Sequence record: MK250017.1
Length of the DNA: 64,000 bases
Direction: 5' to 3' (one strand)
Numbering within the stretch: the stretch's first letter is position 1; each line of letters opens with the position of its first letter. Both the position numbers and the translations under genes were made by a program. This document shows, piece by piece, positions 30,993-41,661 of the stretch. A model generated the notes under the pieces. It did no database searches, was not told where the DNA came from, and worked only from the letters and a program-made list of their open reading frames with translations.

Positions 30993-31598
30993 GATTACTT
31001 TACTGATTAACTTAAGTTTTAATGCTTCATCTGCTGTTATTACCCAGTCTTTTTTCTTATCATAAATATCATCAAGATCTGCTTTTGTAATTGCTGTTTC
31101 TTTCATGAATAAATCAAATATCATATCATTTAATCGTTTTGCTTCTTTAACAGAATCTTCAAGTTCTGCGACTTTACCAACAGCAAGAGATGAAACCGTA
31201 TGAATCATAAATGTTGTATTTTTATATGCAAATCGTTGTTCATATGGAACTGAGAGAAGAATAAATGTCCCAGCAGATAAGCATGCACCAACTGCATATA
31301 TATTAACTTTACAATGGTTATTAAGATTTCTTAACATATCATGTATAGCCCAACCATCATAACATGCCCCGCCAAAAGTATTAAGATATACATTTACATC
31401 AGGTGGAGTAATTTTTTCCTTTAGCTTTTGATGAAATGTATCTTCTAATATTTTGGTATTTTCTTTTATTATTTTATTATCTTTTATTATTAAGTTATTA
31501 CAAAATTTAACAGTATCACATGATGTAACATTATCTATATCATCATTAATATATAATACTCTATCTGATAAATTGAATGTTTGTAATTCGTTTGTCAT
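30990..31598 (-). CDS. clpP: ClpP-like serine protease
   Basis: NTFGGACYDG, CLSAG (Ser), FMIH (His), DWVITADEA (Asp). Confidence 0.85.
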   Translation of the reverse strand: MTNELQTFNLSDRVLYINDDIDNVTSCDTVKFCNNLIIKDNKIIKENTKILEDTFHQKLKEKITPPDVNVYLNTFGGACYDGWAIHDMLRNLNNHCKVNIYAVGACLSAGTFILLSVPYEQRFAYKNTTFMIHTVSSLAVGKVAELEDSVKEAKRLNDMIFDLFMKETAITKADLDDIYDKKKDWVITADEALKLKLISKVI

Positions 31599-31710
31599 CT
31601 ACTTTATTATTATAATTTAACTTTATATGTTATATAACAGAAATTAACTTTTGTTTGAAATAAAAAAGGATATTACATTGCCGTGTAATATCCTTTAATA
31701 TATTAATTTT

Positions 31711-32316
31711 TTATCTTCTACCACCAAAATGTCCTGTTCCTCTATTATTTGATGGGAAATGCCCTTGTGTTACTCTCGTTGAACTTCTTCTGGAACCAAA
31801 ACCATTAGGTCTCCTATTAGATGGTTGACTATTTAAATTTGGTCTTCGAACCATTGGTGGACGTTGCTGATTTCCAAATGATTGTCTATGATTTGGTTTA
31901 CCATAATTAAATGGTGGTCGACTATCATGTGGTTTTCCATAATTTGGATTTCTATATGGTCTCATTGGTGGACGTTTAAATTCATAATCACGTGGACCAT
32001 GTCTCATATAATGTCTATAACCAGGATTATAATGATATACATATCCATGAGGTCTGCAATAATGAGATGGATAGAAATACCAATAATTATTATATCTATA
32101 TGGATAATAATATATACCTCTATATAAATAGTAACTTAAAACATTATCAATATAATATGGTGTTCCATATCTAACAACAGTTGAAAATGTAACAGATGAT
32201 GTTGTATATGTATCATCATATTCATATGGTGATTGTGCAGATGCATATGTAGTTGAACAAGATGCAAATGTAATTATAGTAATTAGCAGAATCAAAAAAT
32301 ATTTAATCTTATTCAT
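31711..32316 (-). CDS. Lipoprotein with Tyr/Arg/Pro/Gly-rich low-complexity tail
   Basis: Signal peptide II FASC. Confidence 0.7.
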   Translation of the reverse strand: MNKIKYFLILLITIITFASCSTTYASAQSPYEYDDTYTTSSVTFSTVVRYGTPYYIDNVLSYYLYRGIYYYPYRYNNYWYFYPSHYCRPHGYVYHYNPGYRHYMRHGPRDYEFKRPPMRPYRNPNYGKPHDSRPPFNYGKPNHRQSFGNQQRPPMVRRPNLNSQPSNRRPNGFGSRRSSTRVTQGHFPSNNRGTGHFGGRR

Positions 32317-32413
32317 ATCTTTAAAATTTTTAATATTTATATATTAGTATATGTAAAAATGCTATGGGTAAATTCATATTTGTTAATATGAAATACCATA
32401 TATTTTTATATTA

Positions 32414-32421
32414 CAAAGATA
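32414..32421 (-). promoter_or_regulatory. Bacteroidetes-type -7 promoter element
   Basis: TATCTTTG next to an N gap. Confidence 0.65.
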
Positions 32422-32445
32422 CATNNNNNNNNNNNNNNNNNNNNN

Positions 32446-33189
32446 TTAAATATCAAAATGTTGATCATCATTTGTTTTACCAAATGGTAAATTATATGTT
32501 CCTTGTAATTTACAATTTTGACCAGTAAAATAAAATAGTTTTATAGTATATCCATAATTCCACTCTTCTCCATCATAATATTTTATTGCTTTATTTTCTC
32601 CTGCAATATATAAATTACTCATATATATATGGTCAGGATATGGATCAGATGAATTAGTATAATAACATTCCATTGTACATAAAGGATATATAGAAGATTT
32701 AATTTTAATTGCACTCCAAGAAGATGGCGAGTCTGTTAATGTACCATTAGAGACAATAGATGGATATACACCATTACTACCTATGTTTCTTATAAATACC
32801 TTATATGTGTAAGTTACTGATGTGCTTTTCTTTTGTTGTAATATAGTAAATAGCGGTGTACCATTATAACTAAATATAATAGTTCTAGTTTTATCACTTT
32901 TGGGTACATTTATATTTATATTCATACCTGTATCATTATCTGGCTGATCCCAATAATGATATACAGAAGCATCACAATTAGGCTAATTACATGTTAACTA
33001 TATAGGCTTATCATTTATTCCTTTTAAATTATTTTTAAAATTTGTTCCATCTGTTAAACCAAAATATATAAGTTTGTTATCAGAATTAATATCATTTGAA
33101 AGCATTCCTGTACTAAGAAGCCCTGAAGATATACCTGAATCTGTGCAATAAAACTTAGTTGAACCTGTATATTTCTAAAATTCTTTCAT
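32446..33189 (-). CDS. Hypothetical beta-rich protein (TAG=Gln; first TAG at codon 5)
   Basis: In-frame extension of track ORF 32446..32925; 247 aa. Confidence 0.7.
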
Positions 33190-33287
33190 AAAATTATAAT
33201 TTATTTTTATATCTACGTCTAATTATGAAATACAATAAGTTACTTTACATATCTAATAAATAATGAAAATTAATTATATTCTAATAC

Positions 33288-34154
33288 ATGAATTCTAAAT
33301 AGATTGGAAAGTTAATATATAATTTAGATCTAGGAAAATTTAATAATAAAACAAAATTATTTGAATCAAATAATAAAGATAATTGGTGGAGAAATGAAGA
33401 AACGTTTAATACAATAAAATATCATCCATTAAATTCTAATACAAATAATTTATTATATAAAGAATATGAACAGGAATATTTATATGAAGGATTAATATGT
33501 TCAGCAGATCCAAATAAAACAAAAGATATATTAAATAGGAATGCAATTGGTTTTATACATGATATAAGAATTGTTTATAATCCATTATAGATAGATATGA
33601 AAACGCCTGTAATAGATTTTTTTATATATAAAGAAGACTATTATGATTTAGAATATGGAAAATTAGCTTATAATGAATTATTAACATTAATTAATAATTT
33701 AGGTTATTTCGTATCAGGTAAGAAAGAATTATCAACTATTATTAATATTGTTATAATGCCGAAATTTTTATATGAAGTTACAGATGAAATATATAAAGAA
33801 GATGGTATATTATATCATATAACACCGTTATAGAATAAAAAGAAAATTTTATAGAAAGGATTAATTCCAAAATATAAAAATTATAGATTAGATAATTATC
33901 CTGATAGAATATATTTTTATAGAAGTAATCAAAAAAATAAATTAGATTTATTATGTAAAAATTTATCATGTGATACATGTATAAAAGAATGGTTAATTCT
34001 TAAAATTAATCTTAAGGATAGGAGAAGTTATAAAGAAAATGATAAATCTACAATGTATCGTTTTTTTGAAGATCCAAAATCATAGTATGGCGTATTTACA
34101 TACGAAAATATAGATCCACAATGTATAGAATTTTATAAAGAAGTTAAATTATAA
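33288..34154 (+). CDS. ADP-ribosyltransferase/KptA-fold protein (TAG=Gln)
   Basis: LYHITP..KILQKGLIPK..YPDRIYF..ILKINL..TYENIDP; 288 aa; AATAAATA at 33255. Confidence 0.65.
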
Positions 34155-34206
34155 AAATAAATGGTTAGATTCTTTATTTCGTTTAAGAATCTAACCATTT
34201 TCTTAT

Positions 34207-35250
34207 TTATGCTTGATAAGAATACTTGTCAAACATTGAATCAATATTAGAGGGATGCACAGCATTAATGCCGATTTCATCACATTTCCTTAATGTATCA
34301 TGAAAATCATCTATAAGACATACATCCTTAAGATCCCACTTCATCTTATGAGCAAGCTGCTCAATAAAGACGTGCTTGAAATTTTTATTTCCAACGAACA
34401 TTCGGTTCTCAACAGGAATTTCAGGAAAATATTTATCAAGCCATTCATTCTTCTCCTTCCACGCAATTGAATTGGCACATGCAGTAACAATATATACATT
34501 ATTCATGTCATAATGTTCCTTTACAAAATCAATAACATGTTTCACTGGTTTCAGATTTTTAAATAGTTCGCTACTTACAAAATCAGAATTACCATGAATG
34601 TCAAGTTTTGCTTTGCCATAACAGGCTAATGTACCATCCATGTCAAGAAGTAAATACTTATTAGTAAAATAATCAACGCGTATGAATTCATCTACTAATG
34701 GAATGTATTTATTCTTACATGCTTCAATACGTAAGTTTTTCTTATAAATATCTTCAACTGGAACTTTACGAGCTCGTCCTTGAAGTCTCTTTATACAAAC
34801 TTCTACAGGAGTATCGAAGAATACACAAGTAATCTTATCTACATTATGTTCTCTTAAATAATCTATAATACTAAGATTATAATGATTATTAATTCCACCA
34901 CCATCAAGAATAATATTAACGTTTAGATTTTTTGATTTTGCAATTTCAAAAATCATTCGTCTTGCTAATTGAACAGAATCCTCATGAACAACTTCAGGAT
35001 GTTCATCAGTATATCCTTCTAACATAGGTTTAATTTCATCAGCAGAAATAATCCATGTAGAATTATCAATTAAATTATTCTCTAATGCCTCATTAATTTC
35101 TTCAAATGAATAATCATCAAATGGATGTGTTGTTGATAATAGAGTTGACAACATATCACATAAATGACCTGCATCTGAATAATTATTTGATATAAACGTA
35201 GATTTACCGCAACACGGTAAACCTACGAAATACATAAACTTACTAATCAT
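34207..35250 (-). CDS. P-loop kinase fused to a HAD 5'(3')-nucleotidase-like domain
   Basis: GLPCCGKST; LLDMDGTL; LIDD. Confidence 0.8.
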   Translation of the reverse strand: MISKFMYFVGLPCCGKSTFISNNYSDAGHLCDMLSTLLSTTHPFDDYSFEEINEALENNLIDNSTWIISADEIKPMLEGYTDEHPEVVHEDSVQLARRMIFEIAKSKNLNVNIILDGGGINNHYNLSIIDYLREHNVDKITCVFFDTPVEVCIKRLQGRARKVPVEDIYKKNLRIEACKNKYIPLVDEFIRVDYFTNKYLLLDMDGTLACYGKAKLDIHGNSDFVSSELFKNLKPVKHVIDFVKEHYDMNNVYIVTACANSIAWKEKNEWLDKYFPEIPVENRMFVGNKNFKHVFIEQLAHKMKWDLKDVCLIDDFHDTLRKCDEIGINAVHPSNIDSMFDKYSYQA

Positions 35251-35277
35251 AACCTATTATAATTTATAAGTTTATTT

Positions 35278-35615
35278 TTAATCAATAGTACCATCAAGAA
35301 GTTTATGAACTGCATCTTGACGTGTTTTACGAATTTCTGCAAGTGTAAACTCTTTTACAAGCTTACCGTCTTCAAACACCGTCTTCAATTCATTCTTATC
35401 TGATGCTTCATCTTCAATAGAAACTCGATCAATAGGTTTATAATTACCATTTTCATCCTTTACAACCATAATAAGACCACGATGTGATTTCTTTGGTGTA
35501 CCAGTAACAGTCTTTGGATCTTTAAAGATCTCTATCTGCTTATTATCTACTTTACACCATGTTGCCTTACATGCAAATGCAAGTTGGTCACGGGTGTTCA
35601 TTTGATAGGAAAATG
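35278..35615 (-). CDS. nadV: Nicotinamide phosphoribosyltransferase, exon 2
   Basis: Spliced junction restores LGIGSFSYQMNTRD; KDP..KKSHRG; joined CDS 1584 nt = 528 codons. Confidence 0.85.
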
Positions 35616-36992
35616 CTTAGAAATATTGCTTTATATGTTCATAAATATTATCAGTAAATAACTCAGAAGAATATGTTGTATATTTCCTAATATTTTTATA
35701 TTCCTATAAAATTTGTTGTTCTATACAAAATGCAGTATAAAGTTCATATTGTTTATAATATAATATCTCTATATCTAATACAATACTAGAATTACGCAAT
35801 GCAGATGAACGTAATGAACGTATTCTCTACTTTGGTGTTTCTTTTTTTGTTATACCTATTTTATAAAGTATTTGGTTATTTGTTTTATCAATAACTTTTA
35901 AATAATATAATATTCCTATATGTGATTTTTGTTCAGGATGATTATTAAACCAATCTATATTATATCCACCTGGTACATATCCATTTAATATAGTTCTTTC
36001 TATTTTACATTTAGGACATTCCTAACCTGCATTTAGAAATTTAGAAATTCTTTTTTCAAAAATCCCATGTTTTGGACAAATAATCTAAATTTTAGATTGT
36101 TTTGTTTTATAAATGTCTCTATTGCTTTCTGGATATGTATAATAATCGCCATATTTTTCTTTACACATACCAATAATCTAATCATATGTAAATGATTTAT
36201 GTAATGCTCTCATTTTATTACCACATAATGGACAACCATTTTTATTGCCGTTTATTATATGTGTACGAGCTAATACATTAAAAGCACCATGTATAGGACA
36301 GATAACCGTTATTTCTGAATTTACTAATCCGGTCCAGTTATCTAAATTATATGTAAATTTATTATTATATTTTTTATTAGCTATTTCTAAAAATTCTTCT
36401 TTTGTTATTCTGGATTCAATTTGAGCTTTTTTATTTGCTAATGTTCCCTTGTATGTTTTATCTTTATATTTCTATGCACACATTGGACATCCAAATTTAT
36501 TTCTTAAATGATCCATCGGGCGTTGCCAGAATGTTCCATGTTCTGGACAAATTATTTCAACTGGAGTTCGCATAGTTATATATTTTACTTTACTATAATC
36601 AAACTTATTATTGAATAATTTTTCACCTCTATTTATGAAACTTTGTTTATAAAACTCATTTCCACGGACTATTTCTTCACCCTCATCATTACATGCTAGG
36701 GGCAAGGCGCTTCCACCATTATTGGAATCTAATGGCGTACTCCCCGAAGGGATAGTCTCTGAACCTTCCTAATGAGTAGTCAATTCATTAGGCTTGGCTG
36801 CAGATTCTTGTACTATATTTTCTATTAAATTATCTGACATCTAAAAAGTATTTTTATGTTTCATTTTATTTATCGTGATAATAAAATATAAAATATGAAT
36901 ATACACATTCCTGCAATTCACCTTGTTATTCAATGCCACTTACGCAGCAAGGGAGCCATTTTTACAATCTGCCTCAACAGCAGTGTACGCTA
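35616..36992 (-). mobile_element. Group I intron in NAMPT
   Basis: Exon 1 ends in U and the intron ends in G; P AATTGCAGGAA, Q AATCTGCAGC, R TCAGAGACTA, S AAGAAATAGTCC; IGS AAAATG-G-CTC (36953-36962) pairs both exons. Confidence 0.92.
35617..36840 (-). CDS. Intron-encoded endonuclease (three CPxHG..CPxC Zn-ribbon repeats + YKIGIT GIY-YIG-like domain; TAG=Gln)
   Basis: Frame open from ATG 36840 (or 36864) to TAA next to the 3' splice site. Confidence 0.8.
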
Positions 36993-38238
36993 ACCCAATT
37001 CCCAAAATCAAATTAGTAGCAGCAAACATCTTATCTTCAAGTTGCGCATAAATCATTCTTTGACGTTTCATATTGATAGAATCACCATAAAGAAGTCCAA
37101 TATGTGTATCAAGTACTTTATATCCCTTCTTATTAAATGTTCCACCAAATGTATTCCAAAGAAATTCATATGAACCCATCTTTACAAATTGATCATTTGC
37201 TTCTGAATCACCACAAATAATCTTTACAGGATCACCACTATCAGGACGGATAACTACTCGACCATTTCGACTCATAATCTGTTCCTTATACTTAGGTACG
37301 ATCTTTGTAATAAAATACCAGTAATCATAGCCGTCTGCTACAATAGAAATAATACCATCAGGAAATTCATCAAGCATTCTCTTAAAATAAATTTCATCAT
37401 CTGGAATACCAGAATCATTTGTTGCATTTGAACATTCCACTGAATGTTCTGTTGCAGGTACTGTAGCTGCAATTAATTCTTTCTTAGGATCTGCTTTATA
37501 ATAGTATTCAATCATTTTAATTGCAGGTACTGATTCAGAACCGCAAAATGATGTAAGATGTGCCATGCCTGAAGTGATTGTAGTTTCAAGAGAACTCATA
37601 CCTCTCATTGAAAAATCATGACACAAGAAATCAAGGTTAGACAAATCATTAGGATTATAAAAACCTGTTTTCATTGCATGTCTAACAAGTTCACGTCTAT
37701 AAACATCTGAAATTGTAGCGGATGTCATTGGTTGCCACAAAATATTTGAAAGAATAGACTCCAAATAATTAGTAAGCCAAGCAAAATCAGGATGTGTGTT
37801 TGTGATTGTCAAAACAGGACATCCGATTGGACAATATGAACCTTCAGGAAGTGCCTTAATTCTAATAGGGAGATAACCAAGCTTATGCAAAGCAATAATA
37901 TGATCTACTCCTACTTTCTTTGCAACTGCTTCACCAAGAAATGATGTAGTTAAATCAGTATATGTTTTTCTAACAGTATCTTCATCAAGGTTAAAGAAGA
38001 AATTATTAAACGTATTAATAAGATACTTCTTGATAAAATACTGAATACCAAATACAACTACACCTTCATTTGCCTCTGGGAGGTACTTATTTCCTCGTGG
38101 TGTAAAATTACTAAAAAGTTGTGTCATTCCCTTAGGATACATACAGTGATGACCAAGCTTGTAGCCATCAGTCATAAGCATTGCATTGAGAAGTATGTCT
38201 TCTACCATTACATGCTGAGAATCTTTTACGTTTGTCAT
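36993..38238 (-). CDS. nadV: Nicotinamide phosphoribosyltransferase, exon 1
   Basis: TDGYKLGH, HDFSMRG, VPATEHSV, IRPDSGDP, YGDSI motifs. Confidence 0.92.
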
Positions 38239-38309
38239 AAAATTAATTTATTTGTTTTTATTATTTGATTACAATAATAATCTGTTTGTTTGATTAACTG
38301 TAATCGTTA

Positions 38310-38338
38310 TTTATATATTATGTTAACTTTAAAGTCTA
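38310..38338 (-). promoter_or_regulatory. Sigma-70-type promoter TAGACT-N17-TATAAA
   Basis: -35 at 38333-38338, -10 at 38310-38315; upstream of NAMPT. Confidence 0.6.
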
Positions 38339-38441
38339 TATTTTTCATTAAAAAATAACATCCTATTTTCACAAACAAGATGTTATTATTTGATTTAATT
38401 TTTTATATGTTTAATTATAAAAATAAAAAGGATCTTTTTAA

Positions 38442-38987
38442 TTAAGCAACTTCACGTACTTCCCAATCACTGATTTCTACATCATACTTTTCTTTGTTAA
38501 TTGAAATAGATTTGATGTTCTTAAGCGACAATGTACGATATTCAATAACTGCAGTACTTGCCTTTTTCTTTGGCATAAATCTTTCCATATATGCTTTGTC
38601 AACTACAGAAATTGGTTCATCATTAAGAATAATGTTATTCTTGCAGTAATTGTTAGGAATATAAATCAAACATACATTACCTGTACTGTTATACTGCATA
38701 ATAACATTCTTAACAATATGACGTCTATTTGTATCAGTTGCCTTATAATCTTCTCCAAGGATTTTACTCATTGTTTTCTCGTAATCCTGACCGAAATGGA
38801 AAGTTACAGAGAAACTTGTGCGAGGCTGAAAGTCATCCTTGATTCTTTCCTTTGGAAGACCATCGGTGTTGAACTTATTCAACTTAATATCTGATTCACC
38901 ATAAACGGTTACATATTTACCATTACACTTAGCGTTTGCCATAATGTTGATAAACTCGTCTACTGATGTGATAATATTTGTATTCAT
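38442..38987 (-). CDS. Hypothetical protein
   Basis: 181-aa ORF. Confidence 0.75.
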   Translation of the reverse strand: MNTNIITSVDEFINIMANAKCNGKYVTVYGESDIKLNKFNTDGLPKERIKDDFQPRTSFSVTFHFGQDYEKTMSKILGEDYKATDTNRRHIVKNVIMQYNSTGNVCLIYIPNNYCKNNIILNDEPISVVDKAYMERFMPKKKASTAVIEYRTLSLKNIKSISINKEKYDVEISDWEVREVA

Positions 38988-39027
38988 AATTTTTATTTTT
39001 TAATTGTTTATTATTTCATTAACAATA

Positions 39028-39035
39028 CAAAGATA
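39028..39035 (-). promoter_or_regulatory. Bacteroidetes-type -7 promoter element
   Basis: TATCTTTG upstream of 38987. Confidence 0.75.
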
Positions 39036-39082
39036 CACATTTTATTCCAAATAAAAAAATATATAAAGATAAAAACTATATT

Positions 39083-39229
39083 TTATTTAAAATTGTCTCT
39101 GATGAAATTATCTATCACATCTTTTACAGAATTACATTTAAATTGTGTTTCAACATAACTACCAGTCCAATCTGTATGAACTTTAAAGTTATCTAAAAAC
39201 CATTTAGAAATTTTTTCTTTATTCATCAT
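39083..39229 (-). CDS. Small hypothetical protein
   Basis: 48 aa; ATGA overlap with the upstream stop. Confidence 0.5.
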   Translation of the reverse strand: MMNKEKISKWFLDNFKVHTDWTGSYVETQFKCNSVKDVIDNFIRDNFK

Positions 39230-39480
39230 TTTTGATTTTTTAAGTCATCAACCAATCGTTCTGTTTCTTTTAATAGAAAACGCAATACTATAAATAATCC
39301 ACAAAGGATAAAAATAAACATAATCCATAATATAGTATTATTATCATGTTTTTCCATTAATATAAAAAACATAATTATATCTATAGATGTAAACGGAAGA
39401 ATTAAATATATTATCCAATTTATTATATGGCGCCAAATTCGTTCTTCTATATAATTATTTTGTTTTATATTATTATTCAT
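39226..39480 (-). CDS. Small membrane protein (2 TM)
   Basis: Two hydrophobic helices. Confidence 0.6.
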   Translation of the reverse strand: MNNNIKQNNYIEERIWRHIINWIIYLILPFTSIDIIMFFILMEKHDNNTILWIMFIFILCGLFIVLRFLLKETERLVDDLKNQK

Positions 39481-39485
39481 ATTAC

Positions 39486-39863
39486 TTATTGTTTAATTTC
39501 TCTTTCTAAAATATTCTTTAATACCCATAATAACATATTATATGCAGTTTCTAACATATTATCATCTGCCGTAGTTTCTGCATGATAAATATCATCATTT
39601 TTAATATATTGTAATTGAATACATACAGGAGTAATAACAAGGAAATAATCTAATGTTATAATATCATCAATACGTTTATAAATATCTTCTAACGTATATG
39701 TATAAAAACCTAATTTACATTTGATAATAGTATCAATATACTTTTCATTTTTATTTAAATTATATTGTCCCTTACCCATATAAACAAGGGAAGCATCTGA
39801 AACATCAAGACCTGCATTAATAAGAGTATCCATCTGTTTCTTTGTTAAAGCTATTTTGTTCAT
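39486..39863 (-). CDS. Hypothetical protein
   Basis: LINAGLDVSDAS..AYNMLLWVL. Confidence 0.65.
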   Translation of the reverse strand: MNKIALTKKQMDTLINAGLDVSDASLVYMGKGQYNLNKNEKYIDTIIKCKLGFYTYTLEDIYKRIDDIITLDYFLVITPVCIQLQYIKNDDIYHAETTADDNMLETAYNMLLWVLKNILEREIKQ

Positions 39864-39889
39864 AATTATTTCGTTTTTATATTACTATA

Positions 39890-39897
39890 CAAAGATA
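39890..39897 (-). promoter_or_regulatory. Bacteroidetes-type -7 promoter element
   Basis: TATCTTTG upstream of 39863. Confidence 0.75.
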
Positions 39898-39968
39898 CAT
39901 ATTTTATTCTAAATAAAAAAGAGAGATACTAAAATATAAAGTATCTCTCTTAAAATTATTATTAATTA

Positions 39969-40985
39969 TTACATGATATATTGTAAAAGCATTCTTGTTT
40001 CTTCATCTTGTCCGAGTTTTTTATTAGCCTCTCTCAAAATCTAATTAACTCGTGTTTCTGTCATATTGTTTTCTTCTGCAATTTGCCAGGTATTTTTCTC
40101 AGGACGACCATTAATAGCATAGCATGCACAAACAATTTCACCATTTCTTTTACCCATAACTCTCTTGATATTATCTTCAAGTTCTCTTGTTAAATCTTCA
40201 TTTTCAAGACTACTTCCAGGCTCATTGAAAACATTATTTGTTGTCATATCACCTAATGTTACTTTAGAATCTCCATCATCTCCAACAGATTGATCTAAAC
40301 TATTTGCACGAGCATTTGCTTTCATCGTCTATACAAATGAATCATAAGTTAAATTAGGATGTTTCTTAACTAATACATCATAAATATCATCAATATCAGG
40401 TTCATAACCATTCTTATTAAATAAACGTTCTTTTACACGAGCAGCTTCACGAGCAATACTACCCATATTACGAGGAACTGCCATATGACCACCTACTTCA
40501 TCAACTGCCATCATAATCTCACGACGAATATACCAAATAGCATATGATACAAATTTTACATCTTTTTCTGGTGTACTTGGATCATATGTTTCAGCTGCTT
40601 TCATAAGTCCAATATTACCATATTGAATTAAATCTTCTTTAGGAATATTAAGATTTTTATACTTATTAACAACAGTAACAACAAACGGAAGATTTGCAGA
40701 AACTAATTTATTTTTTGCTGCCTCTACCTATCTCTTATTTGACGAATGCTGAATAATATCTGCAAGTTTGCATTCATCTTCATGTGTTAATCTTTGTTTC
40801 TTATTAATTGCTTTTAAATATGCTACAAATGATTTTGCTGTATTTTCATCCTATGTAATAGTAAAATCATCATGTAAATCCATATGCATTCCATTATTAT
40901 CTTCATTAAGAGTATTTCGTAATGAACGAGAAATACCTTCCATAAGGCTATTATACAATGCTTTCTTTTTATTAATTACTCTCAT
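39969..40985 (-). CDS. RpoD-like sigma-70 factor with N-terminal extension (TAG=Gln, 4 TAG)
   Basis: Region 1.2 YLKAINK..LTHEDE; region 2 LVSANLPFVV..DLIQYGNIGLMKAAETYDP..KFVSYAIWYIRREI; region 4 TETRVNQIL; 338 aa. Confidence 0.9.
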
Positions 40986-41040
40986 ATTTTATTTAATAAA
41001 TTAATTTCAATAATTTATTATATTTATCAATATATAAAAA

Positions 41041-41069
41041 TAGAGAATAGTTATCCCAACTATTCTCTA
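41041..41069 (-). terminator. Intrinsic terminator insulating the sigma-70 gene from the upstream early operon
   Basis: 12-bp stem tagagaatagtt/aactattctcta with a T tract on the minus strand. Confidence 0.7.
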
Positions 41070-41076
41070 TTATAAT

Positions 41077-41637
41077 TTAGTTATCCTATACAATATTTAA
41101 TATATGTTTAATCTTTTCTATATCATTATCTGTTATCCCTGTATAATTATCAATGTGCACAAAATTATTCATTTGTTTGTCTAACATATCTTTATCATCA
41201 TCTATAATACAATACTCTATATTTAAATCATCACTATTAAAAAAATTTATATCATATAATACAATATTATATGTTTGCGCACTTTTATCTAATACAATCG
41301 TTAAAAAATCATCAATTTCTTTTCCACGTGGTATATTATCTAAATTTATATAATTTGGTGTTATTCCGACTATATATTTGTTTAAGGGTTTTAAATCTTT
41401 GTATCGTTCAAATTCATGTTTTGTTGCATCTAATGTAAATAGTCTCCAAGATGATGATATAACTAATCTTACATTATACTTTTCACAAAGTTCTTTTATT
41501 CTATAAACTGCTTTTTTATCGATAAAAATATCACCACTATTTTTTATATATTCTTTTCCTTCATCATTCTCTGTACACCATATTGCATATTCTTCTGAAT
41601 TCAAAACACCATCTATATCTAAAAATAAAAGTTTCAT
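41077..41637 (-). CDS. HAD-family protein (Swiss-Army-knife RNA repair HAD type)
   Basis: LFLDIDGVLN, VISSSWR, RGKEI, IIDDD; one TAG 3 codons before TAA. Confidence 0.75.
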
Positions 41638-41661
41638 AATTTACAATATATCTTATTTCAT

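Noticed and set aside
36472-36705. 77-aa stand-alone ORF from the track
   Set aside because: Internal piece of the recoded intron endonuclease
34207-38238. Complete NARP2 pathway
   Set aside because: NAMPT is present but no NMN adenylyltransferase (HxGH) is visible in this window
38308-38315. Exact T4 late TATAAATA upstream of NAMPT (also 43559-43566)
   Set aside because: Not called as late because each is the -10 of a TAGACT-N17 promoter; dual use cannot be excluded
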